From Dicyema japonicum (Eukaryota > Animalia > Dicyemida): DNA of 64,000 nt. The translations under genes and the position numbers were made by a program. The notes under the pieces were generated by a model, which worked only from the letters and a program-made list of their open reading frames with translations, did no database searches and was not told the DNA's origin. Position 1 is the first letter of the stretch. Each line of letters opens with the position of its first letter. This document shows, in pieces, positions 51,426 through 63,775 of the stretch. Location: assembly GCA_011109175.1 (NCBI GenBank), contig RDEW01000005.1, positions 1,908,238 through 1,972,237 on the forward strand, read 5' to 3'.

Positions 51426-54186
51426 ATGATGGCAGATTTACTAGAATTTGAAAAAGAAATGTTCTTGGATTTTTATGATAACAACATTTTGCTCGTCACA
51501 GCTCGGTAACCTTTAAATATTGATTTGCAGTGGATTAGACGTGGACAACATATTGCTTCATTTCCTAATGGCGTACGCTGACCCTGGGATTTTAATATTT
51601 ATTTTGAATTTAAATAAAGATTGTGAAGTAAATTAAATATTATTTCAGAAATATTTGTTAGATAAACTGACTGATGCTCCATGCCTCATAAAATCCATCC
51701 ACAGTCAGTATAGTGCCTCTGAAAGGTAGTCGTAAGGTTTAAGCAGAACAAATTTTTATCTCAACGGAGGCATTTTTTTCATAACTGCGAGAATACTGAT
51801 TGTTGATTTGTTGTGCAGTCGGGTCCCAACTGAGCATATCACTGGGATTGTTGTGCACAAAGCTCACAAGTATAGTTGCAATTCAAATCTTAGAATTACG
51901 TGGAGTATTCAGGAGGCTTTTATCTGCAGGCTCTATAGGGAGACGAATTCGGTTGCTGTGTGTTGAATATTCACAGAAAGGATTCATCAAGGCTTTATCG
52001 TCATCTCCTGATTCTTTCGTACGGCGATTCGGAAACCTAGAAAAATCCGTTAAAAATTTATTTGCCGCCAAAATATCCATCTGGCCGCGTTTTCATTCTC
52101 ATGTTATTTCATGCATGGAAAAGAAAATTGTATTCGACATTCCTTAGTTGAAGCCCAAAATAAAGGAAATCGAGCTACGAATGACCCCCTCAATGCGGCA
52201 GTGTCATTCCGCACTTTTTGATTTAATCAATGCCTGTCTTAAGGAGCTGAAATCCACTTTTCCTAACAAACAGGTGTCATGTTGGTAAATTTTATAGGAC
52301 ACGTTGTTTTCACTCGAAATTGAAGACTTGGCGGTCCCTAGCTTTGAGAACCTCCTCAATTACCTACTAGATTCGCTGTCTCCCAATTTGAGCGAACGAA
52401 CAAGGCTGATTATTTTAAATCTAAGAGATTTTTTGATTCTTCTAAGGTTTGCTGAAATTTAACTTCAGTAAACTTTTAAATTCAGATTCATTGACCTTCT
52501 TGAGGATGACTGAGGATTTGAGGTTTTAGTTTGCTCCCATCATTAATAGGAAGTCCTCCATGGATAGCTCGTTTGGATGGGTTACCTCAGATCCGGCTGA
52601 TTTGCTCTTTAGAGTAATTTTGCATTTTTATTTAACTGTCCGCTAATTCCAGGATCAAGGATGAAGGGCACGTGGAATCAAACAGTCGTTGGGATTTGTT
52701 TTTTTCAATTTTACTGGAAATTATTTCTGAAAATACTGACAAATCATTAAATATTCTGGTAATCACTTCGTCCCGCAATAACAGAGATGCCTTGTCCCAT
52801 GTGACTACTTTGTATGATTTCATAGATCCTGAGTGATGGAGTGGTCTCATATTTGAACAGCCTTAATCTCATATTATTCGGCAAACCGGCTAATTATGAT
52901 TATCCGACATCCGAGGTGGATTCATTTGGCTTTTTGTAGAACTTTGATGAACTGAGGGGATGTTGTAGGGAACCCTGTACAATAAACGACGATGATGAAT
53001 GGACTTCTGTCCTTCAGGCTGTTGAAGAGTGCAAGTTATCCACGCCGAGGGGGAAGATTTACATTCAAAATGTGCAATCTAATACTGGGTATTCACGTGC
53101 TTTACACGACATTCTTAATTCTGTTCAGCCAAGTCATATAATCCTATATGAACCGAAATATCCCGTTGTACGGCAACTGGAAGTTTGTGGGTTCTTTATT
53201 TTTGGTTTATCAATGCCGACTGGAATATCCTCTTTCTGTGTATTTTATGATGTATGTCAACAGTTTCGAAGAACAGATTTACTTGACTGGGCTAGCTAAG
53301 GAAAGAGATGCATTCGAACAGTTGGCCGTGTTGATGTCGTCGACAGTTCCTGTTGAACAGTTTACAATTCGTACTGAGATGGCTGATGATGAAAGAAAAG
53401 GGGGAGTGAGCAACGAGTCTGCTGTTTGTTGATTATATTAAATCAGATTTTTGTCGACATGAGGGAATTTAGATCTGATCTCCCATATAATCTGTACATG
53501 GCTGGATTTCGGATTTTGCCAGTTACTCTGGAGGTTTATTTCACTGTATAGTTAGATTGGGGATTACCTGCTCAGTCCAGAGTTGTGTATTGAACGGAAG
53601 AATGTGGCCGATCTTATTTCGTCCCTCAACTCTGGAAGATTGTACACTCAATGTGTGGGCATGTGTTCGGTTTACTCCCATCCTTTGATTCTCGTTGAGT
53701 TTGATTTGGACCGCTCGTTTACTCTGCAGGTAATAACGGATTAAGTATTTCATAGTCAAAATCACAGTTTACGACAGAGATTGTCCAGCAGGATTTGAGC
53801 TCAAAGTTGGGACTCCTCTCCATTACCTTTCCGCGATTGCGGTTTTTGTGGTGCTCCAATCCACAAGCGGGGGCGTCTTTGTTGGCACAACTAAAAGTAT
53901 GGTTCGGCAATTTTTGTAGAAACACAGAACTGGGTTTAGTGAAGAGGAAATTAGCCGAAACAAGGTGATTCAAGAGTCGGATGATCAGTTTTCAATAATT
54001 CAACGAGAATTGCTTTTGAAAGTGAAGGGGGTGACTCAGGCGAATGCGGATTTACTGACTAATGGGTTCACTTCATTGGCTGACATTTTCTGTTCTTCCT
54101 CTGAAATTCTTGGAAAGGTTTTAACTGATAATAAACTTGGGTGTGATATTTTTGATTTTTGTCATTTTAGTAATAAAACGTGTTAA
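51426..54186 (+). CDS. ERCC4: DNA repair endonuclease XPF
   Basis: 'LLEFEKEM...VTARGL', 'IWPRFH', 'RQLE|VYQ...VYFMMY..SFEEQIYL', and an intact nuclease motif 'FVDMREFRS..P...VTLEIGDY.LSPELCIERKNVADLISSLNSGRL'; about 17 introns of 21-27 nt, one GT-AA and one GT-TG. Confidence 0.95.
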
Positions 54187-54546
54187 TATAACATACTTTT
54201 TATTTTATTAGATTTTTTATGGATAGACAGTGTAATGAGTGCCGAGCAAAAGGCATGACCCCTAGCTAGAATATCGCTGCTGTATAATCCGGCTGAAGAT
54301 TCCACGCATCTACGATGCTTTGGCTTGGTGAATGATTCCGTCATCAGTGAACATTCCACTGCGGAAATGGATCGTATATAAACGAATCATATTAAAAAAG
54401 TGAGGACGTGTAGTGAAAATGGAAAAGGGCAAAAATGCCTTTCCATATCTTTTCTGAATCGGAAGCCTTTGTACTATTGGAGATGGATTTGGTCGGCACA
54501 AGCAGATATTCTCTGTTGGGATTCTTCCTTGGATTAATTAGTTATG

Positions 54547-54875
54547 ACTAGGGCGATTTTTTGACTATAATTTTAACCTAAAAATTGACTTTATTGACTT
54601 TAAATTTAAAAATTTTTACCATTTTAACTTATGACAAATTCATCTATAAAATTTTTTGTAATATGAAAAAAAAATAATTAAAAAATTTATTAATATATAT
54701 TAAAATATAGAATAATGTAATTCAAAACGTTTTCAGGTTAAAAATTTGTCTTTAGATAATAATTTTATCAATAATAAAAATCTTTTCAGAATAGATAAAG
54801 ATGTGGAAGGATATTTTTCAAATAGCCGTATATGCATTAGAAATATTTTGTTTTTCCATTTTTGTAATAGAAACA
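54547..54875 (+). repeat. Uninterrupted copy of the AT-rich dispersed repeat that is split at 29161/32080
   Basis: The left part matches 29161-29255 and the right part (aaaatatagaataatgtaatt...ttttccatttttgtaatagaaa) matches 32080-32235. Confidence 0.8.
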
Positions 54876-54889
54876 AATAACTTTTAACT

Positions 54890-55570
54890 AATTATTATTA
54901 CCTCCAGGATCACTGGGTCAAAGAAAAGAAATAAAAGGCTCTCAACTAACTAAGTGATCCCAGACCGACAAGGGAGAGGACGGGTCCGGTAGGGTAGAGA
55001 ATCCTGAACAGCTCTTCTCATTGAACATGCCATCGGCTCAAAATTTCTGTGTGATTGTAGATATTACGATATTGTATGGAATAGAGAGCAGCTTGGTAAA
55101 CTAGCCTTCTTTAAGAGTTTCCGTTGTAATTCTATTAAGAGATTTTCAATGGGCTGTTTTTTGTGTTCTGGTCCAATTATCTTCATTGCGGTCTCCTCGA
55201 TTGCAGATAGTTTCAATGAGGAGGATCGTGAAATCTGCATTGCCCACAAAGGACTTGCACATGTCCGCTTGTGGGCTAATAATTCCTGATTTTTAACAGC
55301 AAATGGGACAAATAAATGATCCTCAGAAATTTTTTGGTACTTCCTTCTCTAATGATGCTCGGTTTGCTTAGAAAACCTTTTTGAAAAGGGGCATCAGTAT
55401 CTTGTCCTGGCCGGGCGCGTTGTTCCGTGACTTCCTGATAACAGCTAGGACCTCTATTGTCTGGATATCAGCGCTCAAGCCTCATAGAAAGCTGTTCAGT
55501 CTGTCGTTTTCAAAGGTGATAACATCCTGCACGCACAGACAGCCAGAATTATCGAGATTGAACTGAAACC
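54890..55570 (-). mobile_element. LINE post-RT/3' end fragment
   Basis: The 3' end is homologous to 20570-20740 (ggatcactgggtcaa...aagtgatcccagaccgac). Confidence 0.6.
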
Positions 55571-55849
55571 TGATGCGAATATATCCGCAATTTCGACCGG
55601 ATCCGAGGTTTTAGAGCCATCCGAACGACACAAAATACGCTTAGACGTATCCTCCTCTCTATGAATATATCCGCAATTTCGACCGGATCCGAGGTTTTAG
55701 AGCCATCCGAACGACACAAAATACGCTTAGACGTATCCTCCTCTCTATCCTACTAGTTCTGGGTTTTCTTCTTATTTTGCAGATAGTTGTTTCTTTGAAA
55801 CTTTGATTTCCTAGCTTTTTGTGCCATTTTTACTATGTTCCGATCATTA

Positions 55850-56400
55850 GCAAAAGGCAATGTCGTCATCCAGCCGAATCGTTTACCAACTCTCCTGGTG
55901 AGAACAGTTGGCTAAATGCAGTGGTGGCCAACAGAGGAAAGTACGTATTTCAAAGTCACTTTGAGAAGGTCATCAAGTGCGAGATCTCTGATATACGTAG
56001 ACGATGTACCAATTTCTGACGTGTGGAGATACACCATGACATCGGAGAGTAGACTAAATATATATGGAAGAGAAAAGAGATCGGAGCAGTCTCCAAGGAT
56101 TAAAGTTTTGAAAAATCTGATGCAATTGAGTTTTTCGGAAGAAATGAAAAAAGTCGTCAGCAATCTTTTTATGTGGAATCAATACTTTGAAATTCCTGAA
56201 GTATCTCAGAACTGCTTTTGAGAAAACTGGGAGTATGTTAACAGTTTAGGTCAGAAAAATAACGACGTGTTTTTATTTACGAGAAAATTAGAACTCGAAA
56301 CGGAAATGTTTTTATTTTTTTTTAAACTGAGATGATATCCCATCGCTCTTTATGGAGCTGAGGAGTGGTATTACACTCTATACAATGAGCGTGTTATCTC
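55850..56400 (+). mobile_element. RTE-like RT remnant
   Basis: 'SLIYVDD' and, downstream, 'YPIALYGAEEW'. Confidence 0.55.
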
Positions 56401-57609
56401 GCCTCTTGAAAAGTCAAGCAGGGATCAAGATTTCCCTACTCGTCGTCTTGACAAGACTTTAGATGGACGAAGATCGGTTATTAGTAGGGAAAATTTTTGC
56501 CGTTATTTATTTAACATCCCAAGACCACGGTAAAACTAATTTAATTAGATTTTAGAAATGTTAGAGAAGAATCCTTTCTAAAAGTCCCCTTCTGGATACC
56601 ATAGATCTTTATGGAATTCTTTTACAAGATCAATGAACGTTATGAGGCCCATGCTGTTTCGTGCTCTTTTTTGGCTATAGGATCTTGAGCCAACTAGTAA
56701 TCTATTCTGGCTTTGTCTGCAGACCACATAGTATATTTGATTGTATATCTTGGTTAGGGTCCCATGCTTGTTTCTTCTCGTACCTGTCCGTGTAATGATG
56801 CGTCTTGCTGAGTGTCATACATAAAAATAGTTCATGTTCCAAAATTCGACCACGTATTCACCGCAAAGCGCTTCACCCCTTTCTCTTGTTAACACAGTAG
56901 GTCGTGAAGCGCTCTCTTGAGGCAACCGGATTACCGGCTCTGGAAACGGTTGGCCACGTTGAAAGTTAGAAGACCACAAAAGCGTATGAAAGCTCTGAAA
57001 TGGGGGAATACAACAACCGCTTGAACAAAGGGAGTCTTCTGGCCCAAGACGGTCTTTTTCTTAAGAATTTACTGACTGCTGTCGGAGAAAACAGCCACTC
57101 AATTTTTTACGCAGGGAAATTACATGAAAAATTCAAAGACCACGGTAACACCAAACTAACTACTCACGTGATCTCGGCGCGCTCCAAAAGACTTCAACTT
57201 GACATGTTCTTCCCTCAAGCCCATGCAAGTAAGCATCGATCGTATAACTCGATCCTCGCAGTCGCAACGACACGTTCTTCGGATTTCTTATGCATTGGAG
57301 ACTGTGATTTTCCAGAAGTCCATCGTTCCGCAATTTTAAATGCCTTTTTTGGCTAGCGTCGATCTTCATGGAGTTTGTCCAAGATTTTACGGGTCCCAGG
57401 AAGCACACGTATATGAGATGCATAATTCGGCGTACTCTTTAGATAGAGTTCAGAACTAATGGTTTCCCTGCCTTCCATACTCCTGAGATGCTTTTCAGAA
57501 CGTTAGCCTTTTTCTTCCCAGGAAGCACACGTATATGAGATGCATGGTTCGGCGTACTCTTTAGATAGAGTTCAGAACTAATGGTTTCCCTGCCTTCCAT
57601 ACTCCTGAG

Positions 57610-58640
57610 ATGCTTTTCAGAACGTTAGCCTTTTTCTCGAATTCTATAATCACGTTTCCAGCAGAACTTTTAAAACATCACGTCTCCAGACAATATCCCA
57701 GCAGAACTTTTAAAACATGCCCCAGAGGAGCTAGTCAAAATGATCACCAATCTTTTCAATCGGTTTCTTCAGGAAGACAATACGTTGGAACTGAGAAAAG
57801 GGTGGCTAATACCTCTATAAAACCCGGGAAAGCTAAAGGTTCCTTTTTCAATCTTAGACCAATAATTCTACTAACTTCCATACGCAAAACACATGGTATT
57901 GATATGTCCCGTGCATTCGATTCGGTAGACAGAGAAAAACCTATGAAAGTTCTGAAGAGTTTTCTTCATCCTGACGATGTTAAAATAATACGCCTGCTCA
58001 TGCAGAACACTCATCTCTGTCAAAATGTACCTCCGACTTTTTTCCGACTTCACATGGAGATCAACGGAGGACTCTCTATCCCAGGTCCTCTTCAATGTTT
58101 ACCTGAAGCTGCATTAAGAGAGCTCAGGGCCCTGATTGGAAACAACTATGGAGCCTCTTTGGCCACCTGTTACGTCTAAATTAACAGGTCTTTGAAAATG
58201 GTGCAATGAAAAAATACTTCGCAGACACAGAAGCCGGATTCCGTGGAAGGCCAAGAACGACACTTGAATGAAGACCTATCAGCGGTTGGTATGAGACTAA
58301 CTTAGGCGGACAACTTGGACTACATATTAGAACTAGCGCGTAACAGAGGCAAAATTTAGATAGCTTGGAAGTTGAGCATAGACGCCGAGTATTGATGCCT
58401 ATTGAGGGAATGCTTTAAAAATCATTCAGTATNCAAATACTTCGCAGACACAGAAGCCGGATTCCGTGGAAGGCCAAGAACGACACTTGAATGAAGACCT
58501 ATCAGCGGTTGGTATGAGACTAACTTAGGCGGACAACTTGGACTACATATGAGAACTAGCGCGTAACAGAGGCAAAATTTAGATAGCTTGGAAGTTGAGC
58601 ATAGACGCCGAGTATTGATGCCTATTGAGGGAATGCTTTA
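57610..58640 (+). mobile_element. RTE-like RT remnant
   Basis: 'RPIILLTSIRK...GIDMSRAFDSVDREK...IIRLL'. Confidence 0.75.
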
Positions 58641-58659
58641 AAAATCATTCAGTATTGCC

Positions 58660-58965
58660 TCAAGAATTCCACCATCGCAGGCGCAAGGGAACCAAACGTT
58701 TCAACTGCAACTGGAATAAACAAAAAATCCTCGGATAGGACCGCGTACTTTGCCCGTTTCGACGTCTTGGCCTTCTCATATCAGAACAGGCTCCAGAGCC
58801 ACTCTGGTGTAGTTTGTATGGGGTGAATGTGTCAGTCCAGGTGACGTCACAGACAGGAGGTTTCCCGGCTTCAAAGTAGAAGATGGTCATCCCACCTGGT
58901 CGTTTTCCGTCTGCATAGATCGGCTGGTCGAGCACAATTAATTGTCTGATAGACGTTAAATTCAA
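58660..58965 (-). mobile_element. CRE-like REL endonuclease fragment
   Basis: 'DGKRPGGMTIFYFEAGKPPVCDVTWTDTF', homologous to about 31750-31800. Confidence 0.8.
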
Positions 58966-59044
58966 TAAATCGATTGAATGTTAAATAAATTTTGAATCGC
59001 AAGTCAATATTAATTTACGTTTATAGTCGTGATTTGTGCTTTAA

Positions 59045-60679
59045 ATGAAAGGGACACCCAAATTAGTCATTTTACTAATAAGAATGATCGTCCTTGGTTT
59101 TCTATTTGATGAAATTCTCTAGTCAGTTCATATTACACCAATTCTGTCCAAGATATAAAAAACGTCTCACAAAACACTTCAAAATACGGAATTGTCCAAA
59201 ATTTGACTTGCATTGATACCAGCAACGTGGAGGGTCTGTGCCGAGCCCCTTACTTTTGCTATAAGCTGTACGAGGGAGAAACAGTAGTAAGCATGGGATG
59301 CATCAATTCATGGGATTTGCTTGAAAACTTAGCTTACTGCAAGTTTGCAAACACCAAAACCACCGTACTCTGCTGTGACTCCTACGACTTCTGCAACAAA
59401 GGCATTGAACTCACGTTTTCAAAAACAGAGAAGAGTCTACATGATTTTAAGAGTTTAATCGCGATTGTGTCCTGTGCCGTGGTCACTGTCATATTCAGTT
59501 TCATAACAGTAATAATTGTTAATGTGCGTTCAAAGTCGAAAGTAAAAAAAGTATGGGTTGGTTGCATTTTAGGGAATGCTAAAGCTAATTGGTCAAGAGA
59601 ATCAGGCTTCAGGTTGACGATTGGGGGTTATTTAAGCGCATGTTCTGGAACCCCGGACAGTTGCTAACGAAGTGGAGCTGTTCGATAAAATCAGCAGTGG
59701 ACGCTATGGAGCGGTTTATCACGGATTTTGGAGAGGGCAGTCTGTGGCAGCGAAAATCTTCAATGAAGAGGAAAAGAGCTCTTGGCTCACGGAATTGAAA
59801 TTGATGCAAACCCAGTTTTTCGGTCACCCCAACATCCTCACATTATTCATTGCTGACAAACTGAGTATTGGGGTTATATCACCGTAGCTTCAGAAAACGG
59901 GGTACAGTATTGGCTGTTGACAGAATATCACGGAAATGGGTCACTTTATGACTATTTACAAAGGAATGAAGTTTCCAAGAGATCAATGCTGAAGATGGCC
60001 CTTTCAATAGCATTCGGTCTTGAGTTTCTTCATGCACATTTTGTGGGAGTTGATGAGAAACCCTCCATTGCCCACAGAGACATCAAGAGCAAAAACATCT
60101 TGGTCAAGAATGACCACACGTGCTGTATTGGGGATTTCGGTTGTTGGATTTAATTAAATAGGTTTATCACTTTCAAGTAGGGATTATGACGAAGAGAAGG
60201 AAAGATTGGCTAAAAGATCGGTGGGGACGATCCGCTACATGGCCCCTGAAATTTTAAGTAATGACCCTGAGTCGTACCACTTTGAAGTCGTCTTGAGTTC
60301 TGATGTTTACTCCGTTGGATTGGTTTTTTGGGAGCTTCTGTGTCGGACAAGTGTGAATCCATCAGTTCTGGGATCAGCTCTTCCCCACAATGTCCCCTAC
60401 TATGAACATATCGCCAACCCTTCGACCATCCAGCAAGCAAGGGAAGTCATATGTGAGCAAAAAATTAGACCAACATTGCCCCCTGACCATAATGATAGAG
60501 TGAGTGGTTATGATTATTTTAAGGATTTGAAAATTTTTGGAGACCTTATAACAATGTGTTGGACGCACGCTTTTTCCGCGAGGATTAAGTCGATTACTAT
60601 CAAAAAAAATATTACTAAGCTTTGTAGACAAGTTGAATTGACGAGTAGATCATGGAGTCATAATAATTTATTATTATAA
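59045..60679 (+). CDS. TGF-beta superfamily type I receptor Ser/Thr kinase with degenerate GS domain
   Basis: Signal peptide, Cys ectodomain ending 'CCDSYDFCN', TM segment, 'RTVA', 'GRYG..WRG..VAAKIF...SW', [17 protein letters not shown] and 'VICEQKIRP'; six canonical 22-26 nt introns. Confidence 0.92.
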
Positions 60680-60789
60680 TTCAAAATATTTTTTATTTAA
60701 TTTATGATATTTTTTATTAAGTGAAATCAACTCTTTGGACTGCTTGTGTTGACCAACTCCATCTTTTAATACTTCATTACAGGCTTCTG

Positions 60790-61420
60790 AAGAGAGGTGG
60801 GGAAGTAGGTCCGCCCTCTTCCATTTTTGTCTCACGTCCTACTGTCAGAATATTTGCTGCTGATTAAACCAATTGCTGTCGCTTTAGACAAAATTCAAAA
60901 TGATTCTACAACTATTAGTCATGCTTTAGAAATTTGGAGAGAACTTGAACAGACTTATATTGACTATGAATGTACGACTATTTTAGAAAAAGTGAAAACT
61001 CGAGCAGATCAAGCATTAACACCTTTCCACTTACTTGCGAATCTAATGGACCCAACACGTTGTGGGAGATCTCTTTCAACTGCTGAGATTGACCTCGCCT
61101 TGGAGTATTGTGCTGAACATTATGAATATGCTCTCCCGACTCTGATTAATTTCAGAGCAAGAGCTGATCCATTTAAGCAATACATGTTCGCTCCGAATTT
61201 ATGAGTAAAGTATCACCTATAGCTTGGTGGGAGTCGAACTCTTACCAGTTACATTCTGAAGTAATTTCACTCTGCAAAAAAATTCTTGGAGCAGTTGCTT
61301 CCACGGGTGGACTAGAACAAATTTTTTCGACTTGGATTCCTACATTCAAATGTACAAAATAGACTGGGAATTGAAAAAGCTGCCAAACTTGTCTTTGTTT
61401 ACAAGCTTTTAAATAAATAC
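60790..61420 (+). mobile_element. hAT transposase C-terminus with dimerisation domain
   Basis: 'IKPIAVALDKIQ', 'LLANLMDP', 'IAWW' and 'ASTGGLEQIFS...RLGIEKAAKLVFVYKLLN'. Confidence 0.85.
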
Positions 61421-61589
61421 GATTTCCATTGTTTTTATTTTATTTTGTTTCGGAATAAAAATCATTTAATTCAAAAAAATCTGATTTAAATTAAAAAAAT
61501 CAGACTGTTTGTGCTGGGCCTACAATGGTAAACCTGGGGTTAATAATAATAACTCTGGAGATTGAAATATTCTTTTCTACTATTTCCCT

Positions 61590-61880
61590 TCTTTAGTTCC
61601 CAAGATGGCATCATTGGATCCACCTTACTGAAGAGACTCCCAATGCTTGTTCGGCATCAAGAGGATCCACAACTCTTTCCTTGGGGACAATATCGTTACC
61701 TGTAGACAAGTTCTGGAACGCTGGAACGAGTCAGGATCAAGGAGTTAGTAAGCTTGGTCACCCTTGGTCTTTGAAATCGGGGACAATATCGTTACCTGTA
61801 GACAAGTTCTGGAACGCTGGAACGAGTCAGGATCAATGAGTTAGTAAGCTTGGTCACCCTTGGTCTTTGAAATAATTTTA
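61590..61880 (+). mobile_element. LINE 3'-end fragment with a local 96-nt duplication
   Basis: Homologous to 6440-6650. Confidence 0.65.
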
Positions 61881-61989
61881 ATTTTTTTTAAAGACGTTTG
61901 GGATCCACGCGAGGAAGGAGACGTTCTTTCATCCTTGATTCCTGAGAAATCAATATAGCCCAATAAGTTTTAACAAATTTATCCAATAT

Positions 61990-62425
61990 CAAATTTTCAT
62001 TCAAACTCATTTTAGTCGATTTTATTGAAAACAGTAATCTTTTTTGTCTCTGACCTTGTAGAGAGAACTCCAGACACTTATTAACCCTCTTCGTCCTCCT
62101 TGCCACATTTGGTTCCATCCCTCAGATATGAAGAAACAATTGTACATACAATTGTAAGAGAAAGACTCATAATTTGGGAGATCTCAGTATTGCCAAGATT
62201 ATTCTTAGCGTGGTTAATAACGAGTTCTCTGACTTTATTTGAGATTTTATGCCTTTCCTGCAGATTGTTTCTTTCATTTTCTTGGTTTTTTGATGCCGTC
62301 ATTAGAGTTGAAATTTTATTAAAACAAAATACTAAAAAATTCAGGCTATTTACTAAATTTGTTTTTAGACTGCTCCTGTATCGTGTTATTGATTGACAAA
62401 GTGTCGTTATTGATAGGAAAACACT
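61990..62425 (-). mobile_element. Tc1/IS630 5' portion with TIR
   Basis: HTH 'ISNKVRELVINH...NTEISQIMSLSLTIVCTIVSSYL', plus a TIR-like gtgtcgttattgataggaaaacactaca shared with 27280-27307. Confidence 0.75.
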
Positions 62426-62743
62426 ACAATCTTTTGAGCATATCTGTCCAGTTCAGTTTAAAATACGATCACCCACATTTAAGCGTCAATGTTCATTCAA
62501 CCCGCGTCATGTATGGAGACTATATATGGAGAGTTATTATTTTGCTGTCTGATTATGTCCATCACCATCCGAGACCTTCTTTCATGCAGTTCTGTGCAAA
62601 TCTGACCGAACAACCCCCTATAAATGCCACTACACGTGCTATCAATATCCTCTCATAGAGCAATCTTGAAACCACTAGCCTTTGTCCTGGAGACATTTTT
62701 CACACGAGAGGATGAATAACATTTCATAATTTAAAATAGTAAT

Positions 62744-63241
62744 TTAAGTACGCCGAGACTTCTTCGTTCTATCCAAAAATTGCTGATATTGCTTGTACTC
62801 CGTTCTTTTGAGAAACTCGCTCCTCTCCACAAATCCATTCTTTCCTCTGTTGTGGATTTTCAACTCATCCTCGATGCCCTCATTCGTTATAAACTGATTC
62901 CAGTCTTGTTTTGACCTCTCCTAGAAATAAAGTGCCTCAAAGTCAACCAGAATACTAATCTTTCGTTTTTTTCCAGAGTTATCGTTTAAGAGTGCATCAA
63001 AGTTACTTCTTTTCTTAGAAATTTTTGGTGGTTCAGTTTTATGGAGGTTTTCGGCTTCACAACTTTTGCTTGAAGCTTCACTCAGGCTAGAAAACAAAAT
63101 TTTAGCCTTCTCTTTCGGATGCTGAGTTAATCCTTCTGAACCCTTATCGGTAGGTTCTGAAATCTCTGCCATTCCCTCAGAACCAGAACATTCACTGCAT
63201 TCGGAAGGCACATAATCCGAGTCACTTGAAACATCTGACAT
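62744..63241 (-). CDS. CFDP1: Craniofacial development protein 1 / BCNT (Swc5)
   Basis: N-terminal 'DSDYVPS'; one 27-nt intron joins 'KKRKISIL|ERSKQDWNQF..EGIEDELKIHNRGKNGFVERSEFL' (BCNT domain). Confidence 0.92.
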
Positions 63242-63339
63242 TTCACACAACAAACAAATATTATTTTTATACATATTTTATTTTTAATTATTAAAATTAA
63301 ATTAAAATATATTATTTGAGATTATTTAAACTTGGAGGT

Positions 63340-63775
63340 TAAAAAATTCAATTGAAAGTAGAAATTCCAGGGACTGAGCCCTGTCAGTCAGGACAGAAAA
63401 CAATCCATGACTGGATATCCACTAAAGCTATCAGAAGCCTTGGTATCAAAAAGCTTCTGGTACGTATTCCACCTATTGTCGTCGCAAGTGAAGTTTACCT
63501 ATTACGGGAAGTTCGCATCCACTTGGCGCGCCTACATATGGTCATCACTTGAATTTACATTAATATCTGTCAGGATTGGACAATCGTTTTCTCCACTATG
63601 CCTATCGTGCTTTCAGAAGACTCTTCACCTATTTTCTTGTCTGGGTACAGCAACTAGTTCGTTACAGAACCAAATGTACTTGTCGGATCTCTGGGAGCGT
63701 CCGCTCTTGGTTGCAACGTTTTTGTTAGCCATCGGTTTCTTTCACTTGAAGGGACTGGGGGTAAATAAATAAAGT
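63340..63775 (+). mobile_element. LINE C-terminal/3' fragment
   Basis: 'LLREVRIHLARL' and 'SPLCLSC..TLHLFSC...SDLWERPLLVATFL'. Confidence 0.75.

Noticed and set aside
58212-58655. About 223-nt exact tandem duplication
   Set aside because: An N sits at the junction (58433), typical of an overlapping-contig scaffold artefact.
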